Shown here one piece after another: positions 27,764-36,097 of a stretch of DNA of 64,000 bases. The DNA comes from a virus. A program made the position numbers and the translations under genes. Where the stretch lies: positions 1 through 64,000 of IMG/VR virus record IMGVR_UViG_3300028831_000229; one strand, given 5' to 3'. Position 1 is the stretch's first letter; every line of letters starts with the position of its first letter. The notes beneath the pieces are model-generated. The model did not search any database. It saw only the letters and a list, made by a program, of their open reading frames with translations, and was not told the DNA's origin.

Positions 27764-28441
27764 ATGGCATACACCATTCGGATCCCGCTGGACCAAGAAG
27801 CTCTCAAGGAGCATCACTTGCCCACCACCAACGTGACGCTCGCACCAGCGGTCACGATCGACAAGCTCGGCATCGACATCTCAGGTCTGATGCACAAGCA
27901 TTACAACCTCGGCGACTGGAAGACCCACTACACGAAGGCGAAGAAGCTCGGCTCGGTCTTCGTGATCGAGATGCGCAACATCCGCCTCAAGGAAGACGCC
28001 CGCAAAGCGTACTGCGGCCAGCACGCCGGTCCGTGTGTGGCGGCACGTCCGCGCAGGCGCGATGGTTCTCCCAGGCCGCTGCCGAAGTCCTGCTACCTCG
28101 AGTCGGCGGACTGGATCAAGCTGCACAACATGATCAACGTCGTGCTCGACCTCCACCAGGTGAAGGCCGAAGTCTTCTCCACCCGCGTGGACATGTTCCA
28201 CGCGGTCGGCTGCTCCAAGAACAAGTTCCTCATCCGGTCACCTGACCTCGGCGGTCGAAAGCGCTACGACTACATCGATGGCGCTGGACCGAACGCGTTC
28301 CGTCCGCACTACCTCTTCGACCCTGGTCAGCCGTGCCAGTTCGGAGAGCACCTGTCCTACGGCGACGAAGCCGACGTGTCGGAGCTGCGCCAGGTGGCGC
28401 GCGTCGACTCGTGGAAAAACCAAGTGGTCGCCACGCATTGA
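27764..28441 (+). CDS. Hypothetical protein
   Basis: AAGGAG RBS; ORF track. Confidence 0.55.
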   Translation: MAYTIRIPLDQEALKEHHLPTTNVTLAPAVTIDKLGIDISGLMHKHYNLGDWKTHYTKAKKLGSVFVIEMRNIRLKEDARKAYCGQHAGPCVAARPRRRDGSPRPLPKSCYLESADWIKLHNMINVVLDLHQVKAEVFSTRVDMFHAVGCSKNKFLIRSPDLGGRKRYDYIDGAGPNAFRPHYLFDPGQPCQFGEHLSYGDEADVSELRQVARVDSWKNQVVATH

Positions 28442-28467
28442 CACGTCTCCGCGTAGCGTGTTACGCT
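28438..28467 (+). promoter_or_regulatory. Sigma70-like promoter inside an inverted repeat
   Basis: TTGACA, 18 nt, TACGCT; CGTAGCGT/ACGCTACG palindrome spans the -10. Confidence 0.55.
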
Positions 28468-28506
28468 ACGTAGAACACGTCAACCAACGTGCCACGAGAA
28501 GAGAAG

Positions 28507-29706
28507 ATGGTGGAAAGACGCAGAGCCGTGCGTTTGCGCGTCGTATACCGGCGCGTCCATTGTCCGTTCGGTCGCAACCCGTACAGCGACGCGTTCCGAG
28601 AGAAGGAGCTGGTGGAGAACGGCGGCTGGCGTGAGCGTGGTGAGACGCTTGATCCTCGGTACCGCACCAGCGGACCGATTGCGAGCGCCTTGACGTGTGA
28701 AGGACCCGACCAGGCGGCGGAGGAGGTCTTCGGACCGTTCACGTTCCTCCACAACTGCTACTTGGACAGCTCGATGCCGGAGCACCCGTGCTTCGGTTGC
28801 AAGCAAGCCAAGAAGTGGCGCACGTCGCTCGGTCTTCGTACCTTCCGCGTCGTGACCGAGTTGACGCACGTCAACACGCTAGGTCAGCCGCATCAAGACC
28901 ACCCGATGCAGGTGGTCTACTTGCCGCTCAACCAGGAAGGCACCGAGTGGTACGCGATGAACGCGTTCACCGGCGAACGGAAAGAGGTGGTGCGATCCGT
29001 AGTGGAGCACCGCCGCGAAGACGGCACGCTCATCACGACGACCTACCCGCGGCGCACGCCGCTCGGTAACGACCTGGAGCAGGACGTCGACACGCTGGAC
29101 CGTGAAGCGTGCGATGCTCAGCTCAAGCGAGGCGGCATGTTCAACGTGCCGTCACATGGTCCCGTGTGGAGCGGTGTCGAGTCACGAACCAAATGGAGGT
29201 GCGCGTGTGCAACGTGCACAGGACAGGAGCAGAAGATGATCAAAGAGAAGATGAGTCCGCAGGAAGTTGAAGACGCCGTGCGCGCGCTGAACGTCAACGC
29301 GCACGGCATCCGCAAGAGCGCTCACGACTACCCGAGCGCACCGGCCACGCCGGTCACCATGAACCGGAAGCCGACGCCGGAGCCGAAGCTGGCGATCGCT
29401 GAGATGTTCAAGAAGGACAAGACGCCGGCAGTCGGCGAGGTCTGGCGCCCGGAGCCCGGCAAGAATCAGGTCCGCGTGGTGCCGCTCGACCTCTCGAAGA
29501 AGACGCCGAAGAAGCACGCGGCCGAGAAGCTCCGCAGGCAGAGCCAAGGCGACGACTACGTCACGCCGTCCCAGGCGCTGTCAGAGGGCTTTCGTACGAT
29601 GACTGACAAGCCGAAGACGCTGGCGCTGGCGTCTTCGGTCAAGAAGACCAGCGCCACGTCCGCAACGCCACCCGTGAAGACCAAGGACGGTCGGAGGAAG
29701 AAATGA
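28507..29706 (+). CDS. Hypothetical protein with Cys motifs and a Lys/Pro-rich tail
   Basis: Purine-rich leader; ATGA-coupled to the AAA+ gene. Confidence 0.55.
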   Translation: MVERRRAVRLRVVYRRVHCPFGRNPYSDAFREKELVENGGWRERGETLDPRYRTSGPIASALTCEGPDQAAEEVFGPFTFLHNCYLDSSMPEHPCFGCKQAKKWRTSLGLRTFRVVTELTHVNTLGQPHQDHPMQVVYLPLNQEGTEWYAMNAFTGERKEVVRSVVEHRREDGTLITTTYPRRTPLGNDLEQDVDTLDREACDAQLKRGGMFNVPSHGPVWSGVESRTKWRCACATCTGQEQKMIKEKMSPQEVEDAVRALNVNAHGIRKSAHDYPSAPATPVTMNRKPTPEPKLAIAEMFKKDKTPAVGEVWRPEPGKNQVRVVPLDLSKKTPKKHAAEKLRRQSQGDDYVTPSQALSEGFRTMTDKPKTLALASSVKKTSATSATPPVKTKDGRRKK

Positions 29707-30875
29707 CTGCCGCGAAGGCTGCGAAGGTTGCTTGCCGCATCTGCAAGCGCGAGGAGCATATCCTCGTTGACCACATCACCAAGAAGCACGACACCGATCC
29801 AGTGGCGTACCTGGACAAGTACCCGGGCGCGCCGCTCTGGAGCACGTACGGTCTCCAGAAACTCAAGGAGATCCACAACGGCAGCGCCGTGGTCACCGCA
29901 ACGCCGCGTCCTCGGCGCAAGGTCGCCATGAAGAAGCTCTTCCCCGACTTCGGCAAGAAGTCCGGCCTGGAGCTGGTCGGCGACTACGAGGTGTTCGACA
30001 CGCCTGGTCCGCTGACTCCGAAGCGTGATCCGTATTTCCTCTTCCCGGAGGAGACCACGCTCGACTTCCTGCCGATCATCGAGCTGCCGTCGCGCAACCG
30101 CGTCTACATCCAAGGACCGCCCGGCACTGGCAAGTCCACGTTCGCCTTCCAGGTCGCGGCGGTCTTGAACGCCGAGATGCTGGAGTGGAACGCGGACGCG
30201 TTCATCCAGCGCTCCACGCTGATCGGCCAGTACCTGGTCATCAACGGCGAGACTGTCTGGGTGGATGGCATCCTGCCGCGCGCGATGCGCGGTGGCTACT
30301 GGCTCGTGATCAACGAGGTCGACATGCTCGACCCGTTGACCATGAACATCCTCAAGCCTGTCTTGGAGGATCCGCCGCGCTTGACCATCCTCGAGCACGG
30401 CGGTGAGATCGTCTACGCGCATCCAGACTTCCGCATCATCGCATGCGCGAACACCTGGGGTCGTGGCGACTCGACTGGCATGTTCGTCAACGCGCAGACG
30501 CACAGCATGGCCGACACGAACCGCTGGGCGCTGAAGCTGCGCATGAACTACCTCGACAAGGACGACGAGGCGCAGCTGCTCCGCAACTACTTCCCTGGTC
30601 GCCTTGGTGACGAGGAGAAGGAGGAGTCACCGAAGGACTCGCCCGAGAAGTTCATCGCGGTGGCCACGAAGGTGCGCGAGGCGCAGCAAGCTGGCAAGAT
30701 CGACTACACTGTGAGCCCTCGCGAGCTGGTCAACTGGGTCGAGAAGTACCTCGTGCTCGGCAAAGGCGTGCACCACGCCGCGCGCCGCACTTTCCTCGAC
30801 GCCTTGGAGCCGGACGTGAGCCACGCGATCCTCGAGTACATCAACGCCGAGTTCGGACAGGAGACGACGCCATGA
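29703..30875 (+). CDS. CobS/MoxR-like AAA+ ATPase with N-terminal Zn finger
   Basis: GPPGTGKST, WVDGILPRAM, VINEVD, HPDFRIIACANT, SPREL; CRIC..H..H. Confidence 0.88.
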   Translation: MTAAKAAKVACRICKREEHILVDHITKKHDTDPVAYLDKYPGAPLWSTYGLQKLKEIHNGSAVVTATPRPRRKVAMKKLFPDFGKKSGLELVGDYEVFDTPGPLTPKRDPYFLFPEETTLDFLPIIELPSRNRVYIQGPPGTGKSTFAFQVAAVLNAEMLEWNADAFIQRSTLIGQYLVINGETVWVDGILPRAMRGGYWLVINEVDMLDPLTMNILKPVLEDPPRLTILEHGGEIVYAHPDFRIIACANTWGRGDSTGMFVNAQTHSMADTNRWALKLRMNYLDKDDEAQLLRNYFPGRLGDEEKEESPKDSPEKFIAVATKVREAQQAGKIDYTVSPRELVNWVEKYLVLGKGVHHAARRTFLDALEPDVSHAILEYINAEFGQETTP

Positions 30876-31075
30876 GCAAGATCAACATCAGCGGTCGCAG
30901 CGATCGCATGCAGCCCCGTACGCAGAACATCCCACTTCGCACCGACCTCGGCTCGAAGCTCCGCGCCGCGTTGATCGCGCAGCCGGCGGCTCGTGTGCTG
31001 GCGAAGGCCGACTACGCCGGCCTGGAGACAGCCATGCTCGCCAAGATGAAGGAGGAGGCCCGTGGCGGCAGGTAG
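30872..31075 (+). CDS. 67-aa protein resembling the DNA Pol I motif 2 to motif A segment
   Basis: SGR..PRTQNIPLRTDLGSKLRAALIA..VLAKADYAGLETAMLA compared with Pol I TGRLSS..PNLQNIP.R..G..IR.AFIA..ADYSQIELR..A. Confidence 0.6.
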   Translation: MSKINISGRSDRMQPRTQNIPLRTDLGSKLRAALIAQPAARVLAKADYAGLETAMLAKMKEEARGGR

Positions 31076-31637
31076 CAGCCAACCGATGCACGCGTACCTC
31101 GTGAACGAGGATGAGAACAAGCAGTTCTTCATCGCCGTCCTCATGAACGAGCGCGACAACGATCAGTGGACGGTCTACACCGCCTGGGGGTTCACTGACT
31201 CGCACACGGTGCGTGGCGAGAAGGAGTACAACGGCGGCAAGGGCGGCGACAAGTTCTCCGGTCAGCGCAACGCAGAGGCGTACGCTGGCGCCATCTTGAA
31301 GACGAAGCAAGGCGACGGATTCAAGGTGCGTCCGAACGACGACGTCGAAGGCGAGCGTCCGATGTGGTGGGAGCAATGCGTCGAGCGCGGTGGTGAGCGC
31401 TACGGCGGCAAGGCGCCGGTGACCAAGCCGGTCGGTCTCAGCAAGACGAAGAGCCCGCCTCCGGTCTCGACCAGAGACATCACCACGCTCAAGGAGCGCA
31501 TGGCAGCCAAGGTGAAGATCGAGGCAGGCAAGGCCAAGATCGCCATCAAGCAGGACGGCAGCCAGGACTCAGAACCCGAACAACCGAAGCGCGTCATCCA
31601 GCCGCGGTTCGGCTTCGCACCGAGGAAGCAGCCATGA
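31062..31637 (+). CDS. WGR-like domain protein
   Basis: YL..NKQFFI..VYTAWGF..KTKQGDGF pattern; WGF in place of WGR. Confidence 0.55.
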   Translation: MAAGSSQPMHAYLVNEDENKQFFIAVLMNERDNDQWTVYTAWGFTDSHTVRGEKEYNGGKGGDKFSGQRNAEAYAGAILKTKQGDGFKVRPNDDVEGERPMWWEQCVERGGERYGGKAPVTKPVGLSKTKSPPPVSTRDITTLKERMAAKVKIEAGKAKIAIKQDGSQDSEPEQPKRVIQPRFGFAPRKQP

Positions 31638-34015
31638 CCGCAGCACCGGCTGTCTCGTCACGCAAGCGCGAGGCGTTGAACATCTCCATCGAGGACTTCA
31701 AGTCCGGGATGGAGAAGTTCGCCATGATGTTCACCGGCAACTACGGCGTGCAGCTCGTGTTCCGCGGCACGTCCGCGTACACGAACGGCAAGATCATCGT
31801 GGTGCCGGAGTTGAGCCTGCTCTCGCGCCCGAACATGACCGATGCCGAGATCGATGAAGCGCTCGAGTTCCTGATGTGCACGCGTGGCTTCGTCTACCAC
31901 GAAGGCGCGCACATCATCTTCAGTGGTGACATCACGTCGATCGTCCGATCGGCGATGCGCGTCAGCCCGAAGTTCAAGCATCTGTGGAACGTCATCGAAG
32001 ACCTGCGTGTCGAGAACAGCATCGCCAATCTGTACCCGGGTGCTCGCGAAGCGCTGGTCTTCATGAACGACTGGTTGCAGACCAGCATCGCCAAGAAGCT
32101 GGAAGCCGCTGGTGGTACGCTCTCACCGTTCGCGGCCACCTGTTACGCGATCGGGCTCATCGGCACGCTGTCAGGTCGCGGTGAAGACCACCAGCTGTGG
32201 TCGATGCTGAACGAGCAGACTCGCGAGTACGTGACCAGCATCCGCAAGCTGGTGATGCGTGCACGCAACGCGCAGAGCCCCAAGGTGGCGTACAAGATCG
32301 CGCTGGAGATCTGGAACCACCTGAAGGACGAAGAGGAGCGACGGAAGCAGGAGAAGAAGCGCCAGCGGGACGAAGAGAAGGCCAAGGCCGGCAAGAAGAC
32401 CAAGAAGGAGAAAAGCGATGGCAAGAGCAAGCGCAAGCCCAAGAAGCCCAAAGCTTCGTCCAAAGACGACGAAGGCGAGGACGACGACGCGTCCGGTGGC
32501 GCTCCTCTGGACGAAGACGACACCGACCAGGACGACGCTTCAGACGGCGGTGACGACGACGATGCCGGAGATGATTCTTCTGGAGATGAGGAGGGCGCTG
32601 AAGGAGACGGTGACGACGATGAATCTGCCGATGACGAAGGCGACGACGACGGTGACGGTGACGATCACGGTGACGGAGGACGAGGAGATGACGACGGAGA
32701 CGATGCCGCTACCGAAGAAGCGCCGGAGCCGGACCCTGCGCTAGATGCCGACGAGCAACTCGTTGGTGATGAAGCCGACGAGTCCGACAAGGCCGAGGAG
32801 AAGGAAGAGACCATCCGCGAGCGGATGAAGAACGAGGTCAAGCAGACGCTCGCGGTCGGCGAGCGGCGGTACCGTGTCTACACCACGGAGCACGATGTGA
32901 TCGGACCACCGCCCAAGCCGCCCAGCGATGACGACCTGCAACGCTACCGGCAGTTCGTCAACCGGCTCGATGAGGAGACCCGCTTCGCATACGGACCGGT
33001 GAAGCGCCAGCTCGAGAACCTCCTCAAGGCGCAGACGCACTCGTTCTACATCCACGGCCTCGACGCCGGAGAGCTGGACCCGGCAGCCCTCCACAGGCTA
33101 GCATCGGCGGCCAATGGTGGTCCGCAGATGAAGGCTCAGGCGCAGTACGTCTTCCGTGAGAAGGTGCGCGCGAAGAGCCTCAAGAGCACCGATGTCGAGA
33201 TCGTGATCGATGTCAGTGGCAGCATGGGGTGTGCAGGCAAGGACGTCTCGCTCTGGCACTGCCAGCAGTGCGACACCGAAGCCGAGCACCTGGTGGTGCC
33301 GCCGTCCATCGACTACTATCACTTCAGCGCTGCTCACCGGCTGGAGCTACCGAAGACGCACACGCACGAGTGCCCGTCGTGTGGGGTGATGACGCTCCAC
33401 AAGCTGGTGAAGGCCCCGGAGTGGGAAGCGAAGATCTCGCTCGCACGGAAGTGCGCGCTGGTCTTCGCTCACTCGCTGGAGTCCGTGCATGTGCCGTTCG
33501 ACATGTACACCTACACGACCGAAGATCCCGGGATGTCGGAGCGCGTGCTGGAGGAGATCCGCGACCGCTCCGTGGACGAGTACAACGAGGTGCGCCAGCT
33601 CTACTCGCGGTTCGGCGGTCTTCACATCATGGACATCAAGCGCTTCGATGAGCGCTGGGCGAACGTGATGTGGAGGCTTGCGCACGTCAACGCCGCGATG
33701 TGCAACTACGACGGCGAGTCGCTGCGGATCGGCGCGCAGCGGCTGATGGCGCGACGCAGCCAACGCAAGGTGATGTTCGTCCTGTGCGACGGCATCCCTG
33801 GTCCGTGCGCAAGCGAGTCGACGGAAGCGCACCGGCTGTACCTGCACGACGTGGTCAAGGAGATCCGCAGCGCCACGCCGATCGAGATCGTGTGCATCGG
33901 AATCGGTGCGCCGGAGGCTGCGGAGTTCTACAACCCGGGGTATGTCAACGTGATGAACGCCAAACAGCTCCCGGCGATCTGCATCCAGCAACTCAAACGC
34001 GTGTTGCTTCAGTAA
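31634..34015 (+). CDS. CobT-like VWA protein (N-terminal HExxH, acidic linker, MIDAS)
   Basis: AYTNG, YHEGAH, NVIEDLRVE; Asp-rich linker; IDVSGSM, NYDGE, RKVMFVLCDG, CIGIG. Confidence 0.85.
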   Translation: MTAAPAVSSRKREALNISIEDFKSGMEKFAMMFTGNYGVQLVFRGTSAYTNGKIIVVPELSLLSRPNMTDAEIDEALEFLMCTRGFVYHEGAHIIFSGDITSIVRSAMRVSPKFKHLWNVIEDLRVENSIANLYPGAREALVFMNDWLQTSIAKKLEAAGGTLSPFAATCYAIGLIGTLSGRGEDHQLWSMLNEQTREYVTSIRKLVMRARNAQSPKVAYKIALEIWNHLKDEEERRKQEKKRQRDEEKAKAGKKTKKEKSDGKSKRKPKKPKASSKDDEGEDDDASGGAPLDEDDTDQDDASDGGDDDDAGDDSSGDEEGAEGDGDDDESADDEGDDDGDGDDHGDGGRGDDDGDDAATEEAPEPDPALDADEQLVGDEADESDKAEEKEETIRERMKNEVKQTLAVGERRYRVYTTEHDVIGPPPKPPSDDDLQRYRQFVNRLDEETRFAYGPVKRQLENLLKAQTHSFYIHGLDAGELDPAALHRLASAANGGPQMKAQAQYVFREKVRAKSLKSTDVEIVIDVSGSMGCAGKDVSLWHCQQCDTEAEHLVVPPSIDYYHFSAAHRLELPKTHTHECPSCGVMTLHKLVKAPEWEAKISLARKCALVFAHSLESVHVPFDMYTYTTEDPGMSERVLEEIRDRSVDEYNEVRQLYSRFGGLHIMDIKRFDERWANVMWRLAHVNAAMCNYDGESLRIGAQRLMARRSQRKVMFVLCDGIPGPCASESTEAHRLYLHDVVKEIRSATPIEIVCIGIGAPEAAEFYNPGYVNVMNAKQLPAICIQQLKRVLLQ

Positions 34016-34027
34016 GGAGACGAGGTC

Positions 34028-35131
34028 ATGAGCTACAAGAGTGACGCAGAAGCCTACTACTCGGAGCACTACAAGGGCCGTGGCCTGGCTCCGAAGCACG
34101 TGATCGGCTTGAAGGACGCCATCGCCAAGGCGCTGAAGAAGGGCGAGAAGCCCGCCAGCGCGGCCAAGGCGTTCTTCAAGGAGAAGGAGATCACACTCAC
34201 CGACAAGCCGGCCGACAAGCCGGCGAAGGAGGACAAGAAGAAGGAGAAGACGAGCAAGGAGCAGACGAGCAAGAAGAATGGCAAGGCGCCGGTCGACGCC
34301 GATGCTCAGGAGGAGACGAGCGACCAGGAAGAGGAGGCTCCGAAGAAGCGGAGCAAGGACACCAAGATGACGGTGGTGCCGTTGCCCGCCGTGGAGGTCA
34401 CCAAGATGGATAGGAAGTCGCTGAAGGCGACCATCGCGCAGCTCAAGGAAGCTGGCGTCAACATCGAGTACGACAAGAAGGACGAGGACGACGTGCTCCG
34501 GCGGCGTATCAACGACGCCATGCAGGCGCTGCCCTCGCCCAAGATGCTCTCCATGCTGGAGAACATCGAGCCGAGCAAGCTCAAGGAGGTGCTGGATCGC
34601 GACTGCTTCGGCATCTTCATCGACATCCGTTCGGCCAGCTGCATGGCGTGCCCGGATGTCGAGACGTGCACCAAGGAGTACCTGAAGAACCTCAAGGGGG
34701 ACTTCAAGGTGTTCCGCCCCGCAATGCAGGAGATCAAGGCAGAGGAGTCGGCTGCCTTGGTCACGGAGGATCAAGTGAAGAAGGCAACGAAGAAGGCGAA
34801 GGAACAGAAGAACGAGAAGCCCTCGGACGAGCCGAAGGCGAAGAAGGTCAAGTGGGATCCGGACCGCTTCATCGCGGTCATCGACGTCGACATCAAGACG
34901 CTCGACAAGGACCACGAGACCTACCAGACGCTCAAGGCGGTCTTCAAGGAGGTGCCCGGCACGTTCGCCGAGCTGCGTGAGATCGTCGAGCGCGAGTACG
35001 ACCTGGCCGGCGACGAGTCGTTCGTCAAGGACTGGGTGCTCGGTCTGCGCAAGCTCGGCTACATCAAGCTCGAAGCCGACCTCGATGACGACGAGCGCAA
35101 GGCGTACGTGGAGGCCGGCCTCCTGAAGTAG
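34028..35131 (+). CDS. Lys/Glu-rich protein with Cys cluster (CFG..CxxC..C)
   Basis: ORF track; DCFGIF..SCMACPDVETC. Confidence 0.55.
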   Translation: MSYKSDAEAYYSEHYKGRGLAPKHVIGLKDAIAKALKKGEKPASAAKAFFKEKEITLTDKPADKPAKEDKKKEKTSKEQTSKKNGKAPVDADAQEETSDQEEEAPKKRSKDTKMTVVPLPAVEVTKMDRKSLKATIAQLKEAGVNIEYDKKDEDDVLRRRINDAMQALPSPKMLSMLENIEPSKLKEVLDRDCFGIFIDIRSASCMACPDVETCTKEYLKNLKGDFKVFRPAMQEIKAEESAALVTEDQVKKATKKAKEQKNEKPSDEPKAKKVKWDPDRFIAVIDVDIKTLDKDHETYQTLKAVFKEVPGTFAELREIVEREYDLAGDESFVKDWVLGLRKLGYIKLEADLDDDERKAYVEAGLLK

Positions 35132-35203
35132 ACACGGCGCGAGCGATCGCGCCATCACATCCAACAGTTTCGCAAGCAATCTCAACCGTACGGAGACAAG
35201 ACC

Positions 35204-35749
35204 ATGGCCAAGAACGACAAGACCGAGAAGAAGAGCAAGACCCCGTTCGTCGTCACCTTCCCGATGCAGGGCACCCTGCTCGTGCAGGCGACCAGCAAGG
35301 AGACGGCGCTCGACGCCGCCAAGGAGCGGCTGCCGGAGATCCTCAAGAGCGTCGGCGGTTTGCTGGTGAACATCAGCGGCGACCCCACGCTCCTGGTCAC
35401 CGCAGGCGACACCGCGTCTCCGAAGAAGGAGAAGGCCAAGGCCGAGAAGGAGTCCGACTCGGACGACGATGATGATGACGACGAGGACGACGAGGACGAG
35501 GACGAGGAGGGCGAGGACGACGACTCGGATGATGACGACGAGGACGACGACTCCGATGACGACGAGGAGGAGTCCGACGACGATGACGACGACTCGGACG
35601 ATGACGACGAGGACGAGGATGGCGAGGACGACGATGACGACGATGACGAGGAGGAGAAGCCCGCCAAGTCGTCCAAGAAGAGCGACAAGAAGCCGGCCGC
35701 TGGCAAGCCGAAGGTGAAGATCAAGCTGCCCGGCAAGGCCAAGAAGTAG
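35204..35749 (+). CDS. Protein with a very long Asp/Glu tract flanked by Lys-rich arms
   Basis: About 65 nearly consecutive D/E residues; GGAG RBS. Confidence 0.7.
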   Translation: MAKNDKTEKKSKTPFVVTFPMQGTLLVQATSKETALDAAKERLPEILKSVGGLLVNISGDPTLLVTAGDTASPKKEKAKAEKESDSDDDDDDDEDDEDEDEEGEDDDSDDDDEDDDSDDDEEESDDDDDDSDDDDEDEDGEDDDDDDDEEEKPAKSSKKSDKKPAAGKPKVKIKLPGKAKK

Positions 35750-36097
35750 CTCGCACGGCGACACCAACGTGAAGGAGATGCATGCCGCGACAACGAGCGC
35801 CTCCGCAGGTGAGCGGCTTCGGCCGCGTGTGTCACACGAAAACAATGAGGGATACATGGCTGCATGATTGAAGGCACAGAACATGGTCGACCGAGTGCGA
35901 AGGTGCTGCCGCTCAAAGGCCACGAGCGGATCCGCCTACGCTCTGGGAGCAACAGGCGCGGAGGTTCAACTCCTCCGAGCACGAGGTCGACGCATGCGTG
36001 ACTGACCGCGCCGTCCAGCCTTTCCTATGCAGGGCGATGAAGCTGGACGGCGCCACTGAGCCACGCAAGCGATGAAGACGAGCAAGCGAGGAGCACG

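Noticed and set aside
29703-34015. Cobalamin biosynthesis (cobaltochelatase) supporting the B12-dependent RNR
   Set aside because: No CobN or other cob genes in the window; CobST-like pairs in phages are not evidence of B12 synthesis
35455-35655. GACGAC/GAGGAC repeats as a possible CRISPR array or satellite
   Set aside because: They are Asp/Glu codons with no constant repeat-spacer structure; the same applies at 32460-32720 and 40075-40200
33347-35982. Long minus-strand ORFs (858 aa, 266 aa poly-Ser, and similar ones across the window)
   Set aside because: Antisense shadows of GC3-rich plus-strand genes; no motifs, and they overlap well-supported genes
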